Notes: generated from the letters alone by a model not told the origin. Shown: positions 8,837 to 19,710, counted from the first letter of the stretch. The stretch: DNA of 64,000 nt from Ardenticatenales bacterium (GCA_020634515.1 JACKBL010000001.1:145268-209267), one strand, 5' to 3'. Translations and numbers: made by a program.

Positions 8837-10738
8837 TCAAGGCCCCTGGTTATTGTCGAACGCCGCGGTCAATTCCAACCAGCGTTCGAGAGCGGTTTCT
8901 AGTTCCGCTTCGATGCCGGCATATTTCCCGGCCAGTTGCGTCAATTGCTGATAGTCACTGCCGCTGGCGTTGATGGCCGCTTGCAGCCGCGCTTGCTCCG
9001 CTTCCAGGGTGGCGATGCGTTCTTCCAGGGCGGCCAGTTCCTGTCTTTCCTTCCACGTGGGGCCGGTTTTGCCGGCATTTTCCGTCCTGGAGCGCGTCGG
9101 TGTTTCCCCCCTGACGGGCGCAGGTTCCGGGGGGAGCGTGCCGGCAGCGCGGGCGCGTTGATACGCGGCAAAAGGAGCGGGATAGCGCGTACTCATCCCC
9201 CCATCGGCGAACGTTGCCAGGAAATCCACCGTGCGATCCAGGAAATAACGATCGTGGCTGACCACAATGAGGCAGCCCTGGAAGTTGTCCAAAAACTGCT
9301 CCAGCACTTGCAACGTCTGAATGTCCAGATCGTTCGTTGGTTCGTCCAGCAGCAGGACATTGGGACGCCGAGCCAACACGCCTAACAGATACAGCCGCCG
9401 CTTTTCACCGCCGCTGAGGGCATCAATGATGGCCCGCTGCTGCGGACGGGGAAAGAGGAACCAGTCCAGCATTTGCGCCGCTTCCACGCGCTCCCCATCG
9501 TTGGTCTGGATAAGGGGGGCTACTTCGTTGATGTAATCAATGACGCGGAGATCACGGGGGAGGTGGCGGCTGTGCTGATCGTAGTAGCCGATACGCACCG
9601 TTTCGCCCCAGTCCAGCACGCCGCCGTCCGGGGCGATTTCGCCCGCGAGGATGTCCAGGAAGGTGCTTTTGCCGGCACCATTCGGCCCAATCAAGCCAAT
9701 GCGATCCCCAGGGACCAACTCAAAATCCACATCCGCGAACAGGCACAAATCCGCAAACGATTTGCGTAGGCCGTGGGCTTGCAGCACCTTTTTGCCCAGC
9801 CGTCGCCCACCCAAAGCCATCGCCACACGCTGTTCGCCCGCGTCGTAGTCGAGGCGTTGCAGCTCCTCGATACGCTGCTTGCGCGCTTTCTGCTTGGTGC
9901 TGCGCGCCTGCGCCCCCCGCCGCAGCCATTCCAATTCGCGCCGCAACTGCGCCTGCCGCTTCTCTTCCTGGGTGGTGAGCGTCTCGTGCCGCAGTTGGTG
10001 TAGTTCCAGGTATCTGCTGTAGTTGCCCGGATAGTTGATGAGTTCGCGGCGGTCGATCTCCACGATGCGGTTGGCGACGCGGTCGAGGAAGTAGCGGTCG
10101 TGCGTGACCATGAGGAGGGCGGCGTTCATGTCGCGTAGGAAGCCTTCCAGCCAGTCAATGGTGTCCGCGTCGATGTGGTTGGTGGGTTCGTCCAGGAGCA
10201 GCAGGTCGCCGGGATCAATGAGGACCTGTGCCAGGGCCACGCGCTTGCGCTGGCCGCCGCTGAGCGTGCCCAGGCGGGCGTCGAATTCGGTGATGCCCAG
10301 GCGGGTGAGGATGGCCTTGGCGCTGGCTTCCGCTTCCCAGCCGCGCAGGCGGGTCATTTCGTCGCCGAGGTGGGCCAGGCGGGATTGCAGGTCGGCGTCC
10401 AGGGGGGTTTGCTGGAGGGCGCGGCTGGCCTGCTCGTATTGGCGCAGGACGCGAATGTGGGGGATGTCGCTGGCGAAGAGGGTTTCCAGGACGGTGAGGC
10501 TGTCGTCGAGGGGTGGGTCCTGGGACAGGTAGCGCACGCGCACCCCGCCCCAGACGGTGATGCTACCCTGGTTGGGGGATTCAATGCCGGCAATCAAGCG
10601 CAGCAGTGTCGTCTTTCCACTTCCATTGATGCCAATCAACCCAATCCGGTCACCGCTGTTGATGAGCAGGCCGGCCTGTTGCAGCAGCACTCGTTCGCTG
10701 TATTGGTGTGTGATTTCGGTGAGCGTGACCAGATTCAC
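8837..10738 (-). CDS. ABC-F family ATPase (duplicated ABC ATPase, Uup/YbiT-like) with C-terminal coiled coil
   Basis: Two Walker A sites (GINGSGKTT, GPNGAGKST), ABC signatures LSGGQRKR and LSGGEKRR, and the inter-domain linker typical of ABC-F proteins. Confidence 0.9.
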   Translation of the reverse strand: MNLVTLTEITHQYSERVLLQQAGLLINSGDRIGLIGINGSGKTTLLRLIAGIESPNQGSITVWGGVRVRYLSQDPPLDDSLTVLETLFASDIPHIRVLRQYEQASRALQQTPLDADLQSRLAHLGDEMTRLRGWEAEASAKAILTRLGITEFDARLGTLSGGQRKRVALAQVLIDPGDLLLLDEPTNHIDADTIDWLEGFLRDMNAALLMVTHDRYFLDRVANRIVEIDRRELINYPGNYSRYLELHQLRHETLTTQEEKRQAQLRRELEWLRRGAQARSTKQKARKQRIEELQRLDYDAGEQRVAMALGGRRLGKKVLQAHGLRKSFADLCLFADVDFELVPGDRIGLIGPNGAGKSTFLDILAGEIAPDGGVLDWGETVRIGYYDQHSRHLPRDLRVIDYINEVAPLIQTNDGERVEAAQMLDWFLFPRPQQRAIIDALSGGEKRRLYLLGVLARRPNVLLLDEPTNDLDIQTLQVLEQFLDNFQGCLIVVSHDRYFLDRTVDFLATFADGGMSTRYPAPFAAYQRARAAGTLPPEPAPVRGETPTRSRTENAGKTGPTWKERQELAALEERIATLEAEQARLQAAINASGSDYQQLTQLAGKYAGIEAELETALERWLELTAAFDNNQGP

Positions 10739-10744
10739 AGGTGG

Positions 10745-10960
10745 TAACGACCTCGTGAAACCTTCCCGGAAGCTCGTGGCTCAAGCCACTTCGCGTTAAA
10801 ACAGCTTCCGGGAAGGTGGTTGTGAAACCTTCCCGGAAGCTCGGACTCAAGCCATTTCGCGTTAAAACAGCTTCCGGGAAGGTGGTTGTGAAACCTTCCC
10901 GGAAGCTCGGACTCAAGCCATTTCGCGTTAAAGCAGCTTCCGGGAAGGTGGTGGCGCGTG
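10745..10960. repeat. Family B hairpin repeat, 3 tandem units of ~72 bp (CTTCCCGGAAGC ... GCTTCCGGGAAGG)
   Basis: gaaaccttcccggaagctcg..actcaagcca.ttcgcgttaaaacagcttccgggaaggtggttgt repeated three times. Each unit is an imperfect hairpin. Confidence 0.7.
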
Positions 10961-10961
10961 T

Positions 10962-12149
10962 TTACGGCAACTGCCCCGTAACAAAGCGGCGGGCGGTTTC
11001 GGCGAGGACGGCAGCACCAACGGGAATGACGCTCTCGTCGATGTCGAAAACGTCCGTATGGTGATGGCGGACGACTCCATCCGGTGTGGCTGCGCCGAGC
11101 ATGAACATGGCGCCTTGGGCGGCCTGGGCCATATAGGCGAAATCTTCCGCGCCCATGCCAAATTCCATGTCCGTTACGTCGTCTTCGCCGACCAGATCAA
11201 GGGCTGTCTGGCGCATCCAGTCGTTGACTTGAGGCGCGTTGTAGAGGGCGGGGTAGCCTTTGTTAATTTTTAACTCGTAGGCCCCCCCCATGAGGGTGCT
11301 GAGGCGGAGGGCGTTTTCTACTTCCGCCCAGAGCTTTTGGCGCACATCGTCGTGGTGGGAGCGGATGGTGCCTTCGAGCAGGACTTCGTTGGGGATGACG
11401 TTGGTGGTGGAGCCGCCTTCGATGTGGCCGAGGCTGACGACGCAGGGGCGCAGGGGGTTGATGAGGCGGGAGGGGATGGCGTAGAGTGCCGGCAAAATCG
11501 ACCCCAACATATGAATCGGATCAGAACCATTGTGCGGGTAAGCGCCATGCCCTCCATCGCCGCGCACCCAGGCGCGGAACGAATCAACCGCGGCCAGGCT
11601 GTACTCATCGTGGAAGAAACAGAGGCCGGCAGGCCGATCCGAGGCCACATGCAGGGCAATCACCGCGTCCAATCCGTCCAGGGCATCATCGGCGATCATG
11701 GCTGTGGCTCCGCTGACGCCATCCTCGTCGAACGCTTCTTCGGACGGTTGAAAGAGAAAGCGCACCGTGCCCCGCCACTTATCCATCTCCTCCGCCTGGC
11801 TTTGTTTGAGCAAATGGGCCACGCCCAGCAAAATGGCCGTGTGGGCGTCGTGGCCGCAGGCGTGCATCACGCCGGCATTTTGGGACGAATAGGGTCGGCC
11901 CGTTTTTTCCAAAATGGGCAGGGCATCCATGTCCGCGCGAATGCCAATAACAGGCCCGTCGCCGCTGCCGATTTCCGCGACCACGCCAGTGCGGCCCACA
12001 CCGGTGCGCGGCTGCAAACCAATTTCGCGCAGGGTGTCCGCCACCAGGGCGGCGGTGCGGAACTCCTGAAAGCTCAGCTCAGGGTGTTGATGAATGTCGC
12101 GGCGAATACGGATCAGTTCGCCGGCTATGCGTTGTGCTTTCTCTAGCAT
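10962..12149 (-). CDS. M20D-family amidohydrolase (N-acyl-amino acid amidohydrolase / hippurate hydrolase-like)
   Basis: DIHQHPELSFQEFRTAALVADTL...MHACGHDAHTAILLGVAHLL signature. Start at MLEKAQRI (ATG 12149, GGAGA RBS). The track ORF extends to 12299. Confidence 0.85.
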   Translation of the reverse strand: MLEKAQRIAGELIRIRRDIHQHPELSFQEFRTAALVADTLREIGLQPRTGVGRTGVVAEIGSGDGPVIGIRADMDALPILEKTGRPYSSQNAGVMHACGHDAHTAILLGVAHLLKQSQAEEMDKWRGTVRFLFQPSEEAFDEDGVSGATAMIADDALDGLDAVIALHVASDRPAGLCFFHDEYSLAAVDSFRAWVRGDGGHGAYPHNGSDPIHMLGSILPALYAIPSRLINPLRPCVVSLGHIEGGSTTNVIPNEVLLEGTIRSHHDDVRQKLWAEVENALRLSTLMGGAYELKINKGYPALYNAPQVNDWMRQTALDLVGEDDVTDMEFGMGAEDFAYMAQAAQGAMFMLGAATPDGVVRHHHTDVFDIDESVIPVGAAVLAETARRFVTGQLP

Positions 12150-12252
12150 ATCGTCATTCTCCAGGGAATTGGGTGTGGGATGAACAAAAACACGCGCACC
12201 GCCGCCCGTTCCGGGTGGGGGAAGCGATGCGCGTTTATGACGGATGGGGGCG

Positions 12253-12873
12253 TCAGGTAGGGACGAAGAGGGCAGCAGCGGAGATGTCCAGCCCGGCAAA
12301 GTTGGCGAAGGTGAGGTCGTCGAAGGGCAGGTTGTATTCTGTTTGCAGGCGCAGCATGATCACGAGGTAGTTTTCCAGGATGCGCTTTTCCCAATCAAGC
12401 CCCAGGTCCGCGGCCAGGGGTTTGAGGGCGGCTTCTTCTCCTTCCAGCTCCACGAAGTTGCCAAAGGGCATTTCGTCGAGGACGATCTCCACGCCATGAC
12501 TGATAAAGGTTTCGCGGTATTTTTCGTATATCTGGCGGGGGAAGAAGCCGAGGCGCTGCAAGATGAGGGAGGTGGTGGGCAGGTCGCTGATTTCGATTTC
12601 TAGTTCTTCGCGGATTTTGGCTTCGGAGGAGATGGCCTGAGGGGGGATGCCTTTGTAAGTGAGGCGAGCGCGGCTGTCCTGGCGCAGGCGCAGCAGGCGT
12701 CCGTGGCGGGCGAGGCCGTCCCAGGGGTTGTCAAAGCGGATGTTGTGTTCGTAGATGCGGGGGCGGTGTGGGTGAATGCCGGCATCTATCAAACGCGCGC
12801 GAAATGCCGGCAAATCCCGCAGCAGAAATTTGACCTCCACCTCCAGATGATGGGGGCTTTCGACCATACTCAA
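12253..12873 (-). CDS. CYTH-domain protein (class IV adenylyl cyclase / triphosphatase fold)
   Basis: N-terminal EVEVKFLL with the ExExK signature of CYTH. Overlaps the upstream BCCP gene by 4 nt, indicating operon coupling. Confidence 0.7.
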   Translation of the reverse strand: MSMVESPHHLEVEVKFLLRDLPAFRARLIDAGIHPHRPRIYEHNIRFDNPWDGLARHGRLLRLRQDSRARLTYKGIPPQAISSEAKIREELEIEISDLPTTSLILQRLGFFPRQIYEKYRETFISHGVEIVLDEMPFGNFVELEGEEAALKPLAADLGLDWEKRILENYLVIMLRLQTEYNLPFDDLTFANFAGLDISAAALFVPT

Positions 12874-13391
12874 TCCTCTTGCGCCTCATCGGGATCACCC
12901 ACGACCACCAACGGCTGGTCTTTTTCCACGCTCATCCCGTTTTCCACAAAAACCCGCTTCACCTTTCCGGCGCGCGGCGACTTCAACTCATTCTCCATTT
13001 TCATCGACTCCAGGATAATCACGGCGGCCCCTTTCTGCACCGTGTCTCCCACGGCCACAGGCACGCGCACAATGATCCCCGGCATGGGAGACTTCACCGT
13101 CATTTCCCCTTTGACGCCGCCCGTCTTTCCCTGCACCTGATTCAACAACAACAGCCGTTCATCCTGCACCTGGACCGAATACAATTCACCCCGGATGAGA
13201 ACCTCCCAGGCCTCTTCTCGTTGTTCAATAGCCGCCTCCACGGAATGGTTATTCACCAACAACGATAACAGACCCCCTTCGCCCAACGTCTGAAAGTCAA
13301 TCTGGTACGGTTCCCCGTCGATAATGAGGCGGTCTGCCTGTTCCACTTCAATGTTGAAAGTCTTATCGCCAACTATCGTTACGTATTTCAT
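12870..13391 (-). CDS. Biotin carboxyl carrier-like protein (biotinyl domain, ESMKMENEL) of acyl-CoA carboxylase
   Basis: C-terminal GDTVQKGAAVIILESMKMENELKSPRAGKV biotin attachment motif. Start chosen at MKYVTIV (ATG 13391). The gene lies next to accC and pccB. Confidence 0.75.
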   Translation of the reverse strand: MKYVTIVGDKTFNIEVEQADRLIIDGEPYQIDFQTLGEGGLLSLLVNNHSVEAAIEQREEAWEVLIRGELYSVQVQDERLLLLNQVQGKTGGVKGEMTVKSPMPGIIVRVPVAVGDTVQKGAAVIILESMKMENELKSPRAGKVKRVFVENGMSVEKDQPLVVVGDPDEAQED

Positions 13392-13435
13392 CGATTCAAT
13401 GCTCGCGTGTTGAGAATCTGATAGCCTGCCTTCTT

Positions 13436-13482
13436 CAGCAACTGCTAAGCCAGATTGGACCAATTTTCAGAGAGCGGCAGTA
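13436..13482. repeat. Family A repeat (compact copy)
   Basis: caactgctaagccagattggaccaattttcagagagcggcagtagttg. Confidence 0.5.
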
Positions 13483-13542
13483 GTTGCCTGCTTCGGACCT
13501 TCCTGGAAGCCTTGTCCGCTTCCAGAAAGATGAATATCGGCA

Positions 13543-15066
13543 CTAGTAGCGGCGCAATTGCTGCATACGCCCCTGTAGCTTCCATTGGTTCGTACTGCTG
13601 CCATTATGTGCCACCACCTGGCTCGCTTGCTGACCCTGCTGGTGCGCCATCAGCGTCGCCACGATGGCCGCTTCCAGATGTTTGTCCGCCTCCCGATCGT
13701 CCATGCTGAAGCGCTCTTCCACAAAGCGGGTGTCAAATGTGCCAAAGAGGAAGCGGTGGCTGTCCATCATGTGCTGATGGAAGGGGATGTTGGTCTTGAC
13801 GCCCATGATGCGATACTCCTCCAGCGCCCGCCGCATCCGCAAAATGGCGTCGCCGCGTGATTCGCCATAGCAGATCAATTTGCTGATCATGGAGTCGTAG
13901 TAGGGTGTGACATGGTAGCCGGGGAACACGCCGGTGTCAATGCGCACGCCAGGCCCGGTAGGCAGGCGACTGGTGGTGATAGTGCCCGTGGAGGGGAGGA
14001 AGTTGTTGTACGGGTCCTCGGCGTTAATGCGGCACTCAATGGCCCAGCCGCGCATTTTCACATCTTCTTGCGTCAGGCGCAGGCGACGTCCACGAGCGAT
14101 ACGCAGCATTTCCTGCACGATATCCACACCGGTGACGAGTTCGGTGATGGGGTGTTCAACTTGCAAGCGGGTGTTCATTTCCAGGAAATAGAAGTTGCGT
14201 TCTTTATCGACGAGGAATTCGACCGTGCCGGCATTCACATACCCCACCGATTTCGCCGCCGCCACTGCCACTGCCCCCATCCGCTGCCGCAAATCCTCAT
14301 TCACAAAGACCGATGGCGACTCTTCAATTAACTTCTGATGCCGCCGTTGCAGCGAACACTCCCGTTCGCCCAGATGAATCACGTTGCCGTGCATGTCCGC
14401 CAACACCTGGAACTCGATATGGCGGCCCTCCATGATCATCTTTTCCACGTAAATGCGTCCATCGCCAAAGGCCGCTTCCGCCTCCCGCCGCGCCGCCCCC
14501 AGCGCTGCCGGCAAATCCTCCATGTTGTACACCGGGCGCATCCCCTTGCCCCCGCCGCCCGCCGCCGCCTTCACCAAAACAGGCAGACCAATCTCCCGAA
14601 CCGCTTCCACCAGTTCGTCATCCGTCAGCCCCGGCTTCGTTCCCGGCACCACGGGCACGCCCGCCGCCGTCACCGTCGCCCGCGCCACTTGCTTATCCCC
14701 CATCATGGCGATAGCCTTCGGCGGCGGACCCACAAACACCAGTCCCGCATCCAGGCAAGCCTGCGCAAACTCCGCTCGTTCCGCCAGGAACCCGTAGCCC
14801 GGATGGATCGCCTGCGCCCCACTGCGGCGGGCCACATCCAGCAGCTTTTCAATGACCAGGTAACTCTCACGCGCCGGCGGAGGGCCGATGTGGTAAGCCT
14901 CGTCCGCGTGGCGCACGTGTGGCGCGTTGCGGTCCGCATCCGAATACACCGCAACCGTCTCAATGCCCAACTCGTGGCAGCCGCGTACAATGCGCATGGC
15001 GATCTCGCCGCGATTGGCGATCAGCAGTTTGTTAAATCTTTTGGGGTTTAGCGTGTCTGCTAACAT
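13543..15066 (-). CDS. accC: Biotin carboxylase (AccC / acyl-CoA carboxylase alpha N-domain)
   Basis: MLADTLNPKRFNKLLIANRGEIAMRIVR... ATP-grasp fold throughout. ATG 15066 has a GGAAGAAG RBS. Confidence 0.9.
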   Translation of the reverse strand: MLADTLNPKRFNKLLIANRGEIAMRIVRGCHELGIETVAVYSDADRNAPHVRHADEAYHIGPPPARESYLVIEKLLDVARRSGAQAIHPGYGFLAERAEFAQACLDAGLVFVGPPPKAIAMMGDKQVARATVTAAGVPVVPGTKPGLTDDELVEAVREIGLPVLVKAAAGGGGKGMRPVYNMEDLPAALGAARREAEAAFGDGRIYVEKMIMEGRHIEFQVLADMHGNVIHLGERECSLQRRHQKLIEESPSVFVNEDLRQRMGAVAVAAAKSVGYVNAGTVEFLVDKERNFYFLEMNTRLQVEHPITELVTGVDIVQEMLRIARGRRLRLTQEDVKMRGWAIECRINAEDPYNNFLPSTGTITTSRLPTGPGVRIDTGVFPGYHVTPYYDSMISKLICYGESRGDAILRMRRALEEYRIMGVKTNIPFHQHMMDSHRFLFGTFDTRFVEERFSMDDREADKHLEAAIVATLMAHQQGQQASQVVAHNGSSTNQWKLQGRMQQLRRY

Positions 15067-15088
15067 AACTTCTTCTTCCGGCTCAAGC

Positions 15089-16636
15089 CTACAAGGGGAT
15101 GTTGCCATGCTTCTTTGGCGGATTGCTGTCCCGCTTATTCTGCAACATATTCAGCGCGTTAATCAGGCGGGGGCGCGTCTCGCTTGGCTCAATGACATCA
15201 TCCACGAAACCGCGCTTGGCCGCTGTGTACGGGTCGGCAAAACGATCACGATAATCCTGCACCAGTTCCGCCTTGCGCGCCACGGGGTCTTCCGCGCTTT
15301 CCAATTCGCGGCGGAAAATAATGTTCACCGCGCCATCTGGTCCCATCACGGCAATTTCCGCCGTGGGCCAGGCCAGATTGAGGTCGGCACGGATATGCTT
15401 GCTGTTCATCACGCAGTACGCGCCGCCATAAGCCTTGCGCGTGACCACTGTGATCTTGGGCACAGTGGCTTCGCAGAAGGCGTACAGCAGTTTGGCCCCG
15501 CTGCGAATAATGCCGCCGTGTTCCTGGTTCACCCCAGGCATGAAGCCGGGCACGTCCTCAAACACGATCAAGGGGATGTTGAATGCGTCGCAAAAGCGCA
15601 CAAACCGGGCCGCTTTCTCGCTGGCATTGATGTCCAGCACGCCTGCCAGGACCATGGGCTGATTGGCAATGATGCCCACGCTGAAGCCGCCGAGACGGGC
15701 AAAACCGACCACGACGTTCGGCGCAAAATGCTCGTGGATTTCGTAGAAGACGCCATCATCCACAATCAGGTTGATCACGTCTTTGATGTCGTATGGCTTG
15801 TTCGGGTTGTCGGGCACGAGCGTGTCCAGCGCCGCTTCCGTGCGTAGCGCGTCATCCTTTGTGGGCTTAAAGGGCGGGTCTTCGGCGTTGTTTGCCGGCA
15901 AATAACTGAGCAGTTCGCGTATTTTGATCAGGCACTCCGCTTCCGATTCCGCGGCCATGTGGGCCACGCCGCTGGTCTCGTTGTGCGTCATGGCGCCACC
16001 CAGCGTCTCAAAGGTCACGTCTTCTCCCGTGACGGCCTTCACCACGTTCGGACCGGTAACGAACATGTAACTGCTGTTTTTGACCATGAAAATGTAGTCG
16101 GTGAGCGCGGGGGAATAGACGGCGCCACCGGCGCAGGGTCCCATGATGGCGCTTATCTGGGGAATGACGCCGGAGGCCAGGGTATTGCGCAGGAAGATGT
16201 CCGCATAGCCACCCAGGCTAACGACGCCTTCCTGGATGCGCGCGCCACCAGAGTCGTTGATGCCGATGAGGGGGGCGCCATTACGCATGGCCATTTCCAT
16301 GATTTTGCAGACTTTTTCCGCGTGTACTTCGCTGAGGCTGCCCCCAAAGACGGTGAAGTCCTGACTGAAGACGTAAACGGGTCGCCCGTCAATGGTTCCC
16401 CAACCGGTGACAACGCTATCGCCAGGGATTTGCTGGTCGTCCATGCCAAAATTGCGCTCGCGATGGACAACAAACATGTCGATTTCGTGGAATGAGCCGC
16501 GATCCAGCAGGATGTCTATTCGCTCGTGCGCGGTCATTTTCCCTGCTTTGCGATGGCGCTCAATGCGATCCGCCCCGCCGCCTTGTGTGGATTCGATACG
16601 CATCTGGCGTAGTTGCTCGATCTTCTTGTTTGCCAT
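15089..16636 (-). CDS. pccB: Propionyl-CoA carboxylase beta chain / methylmalonyl-CoA carboxyltransferase (carboxyltransferase subunit)
   Basis: 515 aa. ...[33 protein letters not shown]...[13 protein letters not shown]... is the typical PccB/AccD5 family sequence. Confidence 0.9.
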   Translation of the reverse strand: MANKKIEQLRQMRIESTQGGGADRIERHRKAGKMTAHERIDILLDRGSFHEIDMFVVHRERNFGMDDQQIPGDSVVTGWGTIDGRPVYVFSQDFTVFGGSLSEVHAEKVCKIMEMAMRNGAPLIGINDSGGARIQEGVVSLGGYADIFLRNTLASGVIPQISAIMGPCAGGAVYSPALTDYIFMVKNSSYMFVTGPNVVKAVTGEDVTFETLGGAMTHNETSGVAHMAAESEAECLIKIRELLSYLPANNAEDPPFKPTKDDALRTEAALDTLVPDNPNKPYDIKDVINLIVDDGVFYEIHEHFAPNVVVGFARLGGFSVGIIANQPMVLAGVLDINASEKAARFVRFCDAFNIPLIVFEDVPGFMPGVNQEHGGIIRSGAKLLYAFCEATVPKITVVTRKAYGGAYCVMNSKHIRADLNLAWPTAEIAVMGPDGAVNIIFRRELESAEDPVARKAELVQDYRDRFADPYTAAKRGFVDDVIEPSETRPRLINALNMLQNKRDSNPPKKHGNIPL

Positions 16637-17120
16637 ACGTTCCTCTTCAATAAAAGGCAGGCTTCCAGCCGGGCTTGAAATGGGCGGCCCGGGGATCTGC
16701 TGCCGGCATTTTAGTTAAACGAGAGTTGAGCGGGCTTTCATGGTCAAAACCGCGAAACGGACAGCCATCTTTGGGCAAAGTCACCCAACGTGACCCGCGC
16801 ACAAAGCAATCACTGCGTCACCCCAACACCCGATCTGCTACTGGTACAACATTTTAAGGAAACCACGCCAGTTGTCGCTCAGCGCGCGGCCAGGAATTAC
16901 AACACCTCCCCACCCACCCATGAGAGCATCAACACTCACCCCACGGCGGAATGTACCCTTGCTCACCTGCGCCACTGGGGCAGGTGCGATGCACTACGGG
17001 CACACCACGTTCCTACTGCTTCCAGGGGTGACACTATTCGCGTGAACCTGCCAGGTTTCCTCGGTAGACATTCCCCTGCGCGGGAGAAATCCGGCAGGCT
17101 TTTAGCGAGGGACCAAAGAG

Positions 17121-17558
17121 CTACCACGGAGTTTTGTTCGTCACGCGCCAGAAATGGGCCGTGGCGCGGCGGTTCAGTAGCCAGTAGGCAAGCAAGCTGG
17201 CGCTTGCGTAGAATACCAACTGCGCCAGCCATCCATTTTTGGCCGCCGGTGACGCCACAAAGAAGACAACCAATCCTAATTGATAAGCGCCATAAAGCAG
17301 AATAACCGGCGGGATTGCGCGGCGGACAACAGGGCGTCGCCGCCACAGTAGAAACGCTTGCGCCGCAAACACAACGGTCCAAACAACTGACCCAATCAGA
17401 CGAGCCGTGGGAGAAAGCGTTGCGCCTGCCGTCACGAGCAACAGGCTCTGTCGGGCCAGACTGATTGCGCGCCAGATGTTGCCGCAACCAAACAGAACCA
17501 TTCCCCAGACGACCATTGTGATGCTGCGCGGGGTATGCGACATTGTTAAGTCTACCAT
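17121..17558 (-). CDS. Hypothetical integral membrane protein
   Basis: Start at MVDLTMSHTP. Four predicted hydrophobic helices (e.g. ITMVVWGMVLFGCGNIW, VVWTVVFAAQAFLLW, LGLVVFFVASPAA). No homology recognised. Confidence 0.45.
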   Translation of the reverse strand: MVDLTMSHTPRSITMVVWGMVLFGCGNIWRAISLARQSLLLVTAGATLSPTARLIGSVVWTVVFAAQAFLLWRRRPVVRRAIPPVILLYGAYQLGLVVFFVASPAAKNGWLAQLVFYASASLLAYWLLNRRATAHFWRVTNKTPW

Positions 17559-17620
17559 AGGTTGCTGAATTATATGCCAACGCGGCGGTCCGGTAAAGAA
17601 GGAAAGAATGACTATTCTGC

Positions 17621-19519
17621 TTATGTTGAGTGTACGCGCAACCGGTGCGAGATTTTCGTCACGGGGGGACATTCCCACGCTTCCGGGGCTGTTTCGCGGC
17701 GCAAATCTTTCAGACGGGGCAAAATGCCGCAGGCAAAACATTGGTCGCGGCAGTCGATGCGCGTTTCTCCTTCGTGGCTCATCAGGTAATCCTGCGTCAG
17801 AAAGCGGCGCGTCACTGCCACGTCGATGTGTTCCCAGGGGAAAACCTCGTCAATGCGCCGTTTGCGGTGGGTGTAGAAGGCCCTATCCAGCCCTTCGGCG
17901 GCAAAAGCGGTTTCCCACGCTTCCCGATTGAAGCGGTCCATCCAGGCGTCGAAGACGGCGCCATTGCGCCATGCCCGTTCGACGGCTGCCGCCACGCGGC
18001 GGTCGCCCCGGCTGAGATACCCTTCAAACAGCGATTCTTGCGGGTCGTTCCAGCGCAGTCGCAGGCCGGTTTCACGCATTTCGCGCCGCAGCAGCGCGAG
18101 TTTGGCCTCAATTTGGTCCAGGGTGTCCATCGGCTCCCACTGGAAAGGGGTGTGGGGCTTGGGAATGAAAGTGCTGACACCTACGTTGAGGCTGGCTTTG
18201 CGCCCGTGGATTTTGCGCCCTTCGGCGAGGACGGCTTTGCAGAGGTCAACGATGGCCTGCACGTCTTCCAACGTTTCGTGCGGATGGCCGATCATGAAGT
18301 AGAGTTTGATGGTGCGCCAGTCGCGGCGGTAGATTTCGCGGGCCGTTTCCAGCAGTTCCTCGTGGGTGACGTATTTGTTGATGATGTTGCGCATACGTTC
18401 GGTGGCGGCTTCGGGGGCCAGGGTGAAGCCGCCGCGTTTGCTGTCGCCGAGGTTGTCCATCAACCGGGTGGAGACGGTTTCGATGCGCAGGGAGGGGAGG
18501 GAGATGTTTAGCCCCAGGTGGCCGAAGCGCTCGTTGATGCGTTCGGTGAGTTCAAGGACGTGGGTGTAGTCGCTGGAGGAGAGGGAGAGGAGGGCGACTT
18601 CTTCGTAACCGGTTTTTTCCAGGATGATTTCCATGGCGTCGAGGATTTCGTCTACGGGGCGTTCACGCACGGGTCGGGTGATCATGCCGGCATGACAAAA
18701 ACGACACCCCCTGGTACAACCACGCATAATCTCAATGGGCGCCCGGTTGTGGACCGTTTCAATAAACGGCACAATAAAATCCGTCACCGGCGGCGGCATC
18801 ACGGGCACAATCGTCTTCAGCACGCGCGGGGGCGCTTCGGGGACCGTGGGCGTGATGCGCGCAATCGTGCCATCTTCATGATAGGCCACATCGTAAAAAC
18901 GGGGGACGTAGCAGCCTTCAATGCCGGCAATATGCCGCAATTGCGTCTCCCGATCCAGGTGGCGCGCCGCCCGCATCGTGGCGATCAGGCGCAAAATCGC
19001 TTCCTCCCCTTCGCCAATCACAAACACGTCAACAAACGGAGCCATCGGCTCCGGATTGTAGCAGGCGTGTCCGCCGGCAATCACCAATGGATACGACTCA
19101 TCCCGCTCCGATGCACGCACGGGCATCCCCGCCAAATCCATCAGGTTTAGCGCATTCGTGAAAAGCTGCTCATACGGCAGGCTGATCGCCAGCATGTCGA
19201 ATTCACGGATGGCGTGCTTTGTCTCCAGCGAGAACAACGGCAGATGCGTCTCGCGCATGATCGCTTCCATGTCCACCCAGGGCGAATAGACCCGCTCCGC
19301 CAGCAGGTTGCGGTGCTTGTTCACGATGTCGTACAGAATCATCAGCCCCAGGTTGGACATGCCCAGGTCATAAATGTCAGGAAAGGCCAGGGCGACTTTG
19401 TAGTCAACGTTCAGCCAATCCTTCACCACCTGGTTGTACTCGCCGCCCGTGTACCGCCCGGGCTTTACAACCCGTGGCAGGATGCGTTCCAGGGCAAGTT
19501 CGATCTGTTCTGGCGTCAT
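17621..19519 (-). CDS. B12-binding radical SAM protein (TIGR03960-like, fused DUF2344-like C-terminus)
   Basis: N-terminal B12-binding region (YKVALAFPDIYDLGMSNLGL...VIAGGHACYNPEP), a radical SAM cluster motif region (MRGCTRGCRFCHAGM), and a long C-terminal extension. Confidence 0.85.
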   Translation of the reverse strand: MTPEQIELALERILPRVVKPGRYTGGEYNQVVKDWLNVDYKVALAFPDIYDLGMSNLGLMILYDIVNKHRNLLAERVYSPWVDMEAIMRETHLPLFSLETKHAIREFDMLAISLPYEQLFTNALNLMDLAGMPVRASERDESYPLVIAGGHACYNPEPMAPFVDVFVIGEGEEAILRLIATMRAARHLDRETQLRHIAGIEGCYVPRFYDVAYHEDGTIARITPTVPEAPPRVLKTIVPVMPPPVTDFIVPFIETVHNRAPIEIMRGCTRGCRFCHAGMITRPVRERPVDEILDAMEIILEKTGYEEVALLSLSSSDYTHVLELTERINERFGHLGLNISLPSLRIETVSTRLMDNLGDSKRGGFTLAPEAATERMRNIINKYVTHEELLETAREIYRRDWRTIKLYFMIGHPHETLEDVQAIVDLCKAVLAEGRKIHGRKASLNVGVSTFIPKPHTPFQWEPMDTLDQIEAKLALLRREMRETGLRLRWNDPQESLFEGYLSRGDRRVAAAVERAWRNGAVFDAWMDRFNREAWETAFAAEGLDRAFYTHRKRRIDEVFPWEHIDVAVTRRFLTQDYLMSHEGETRIDCRDQCFACGILPRLKDLRRETAPEAWECPPVTKISHRLRVHST

Positions 19520-19539
19520 AAGGACGTCTCCTATGAAAA

Positions 19540-19607
19540 TAATCTTCCCGGAAGCTCATGCACGGATGATAGCCCTGGGGAGCAGCTTCCGGGAAGATGT
19601 TGTCATT
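19540..19607. repeat. Family B hairpin repeat (single unit)
   Basis: aatcttcccggaagctcatgcacggatgatagccctggggagcagcttccgggaagatg. Confidence 0.55.
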
Positions 19608-19710
19608 GATGGTGGTGCGCCGCCGCGCATGAAGTCTCCTGGCCGGTGGCCGTGCGCGCTTGCCTGGATTATAGCGCAAGCAGGCGCGGACGCGAGCAGG
19701 CGAGACTTTC

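Noticed and set aside
14338-15051. 237-aa + strand ORF inside accC
   Set aside because: It is antisense to the biotin carboxylase, with an Arg/His/Pro-rich composition typical of GC-rich shadow frames.
16640-17120. 480-bp leader upstream of pccB as a possible riboswitch
   Set aside because: I saw no recognisable conserved riboswitch core (e.g. B12, SAM or TPP boxes). It remains unannotated intergenic DNA that may hold a terminator and promoter.
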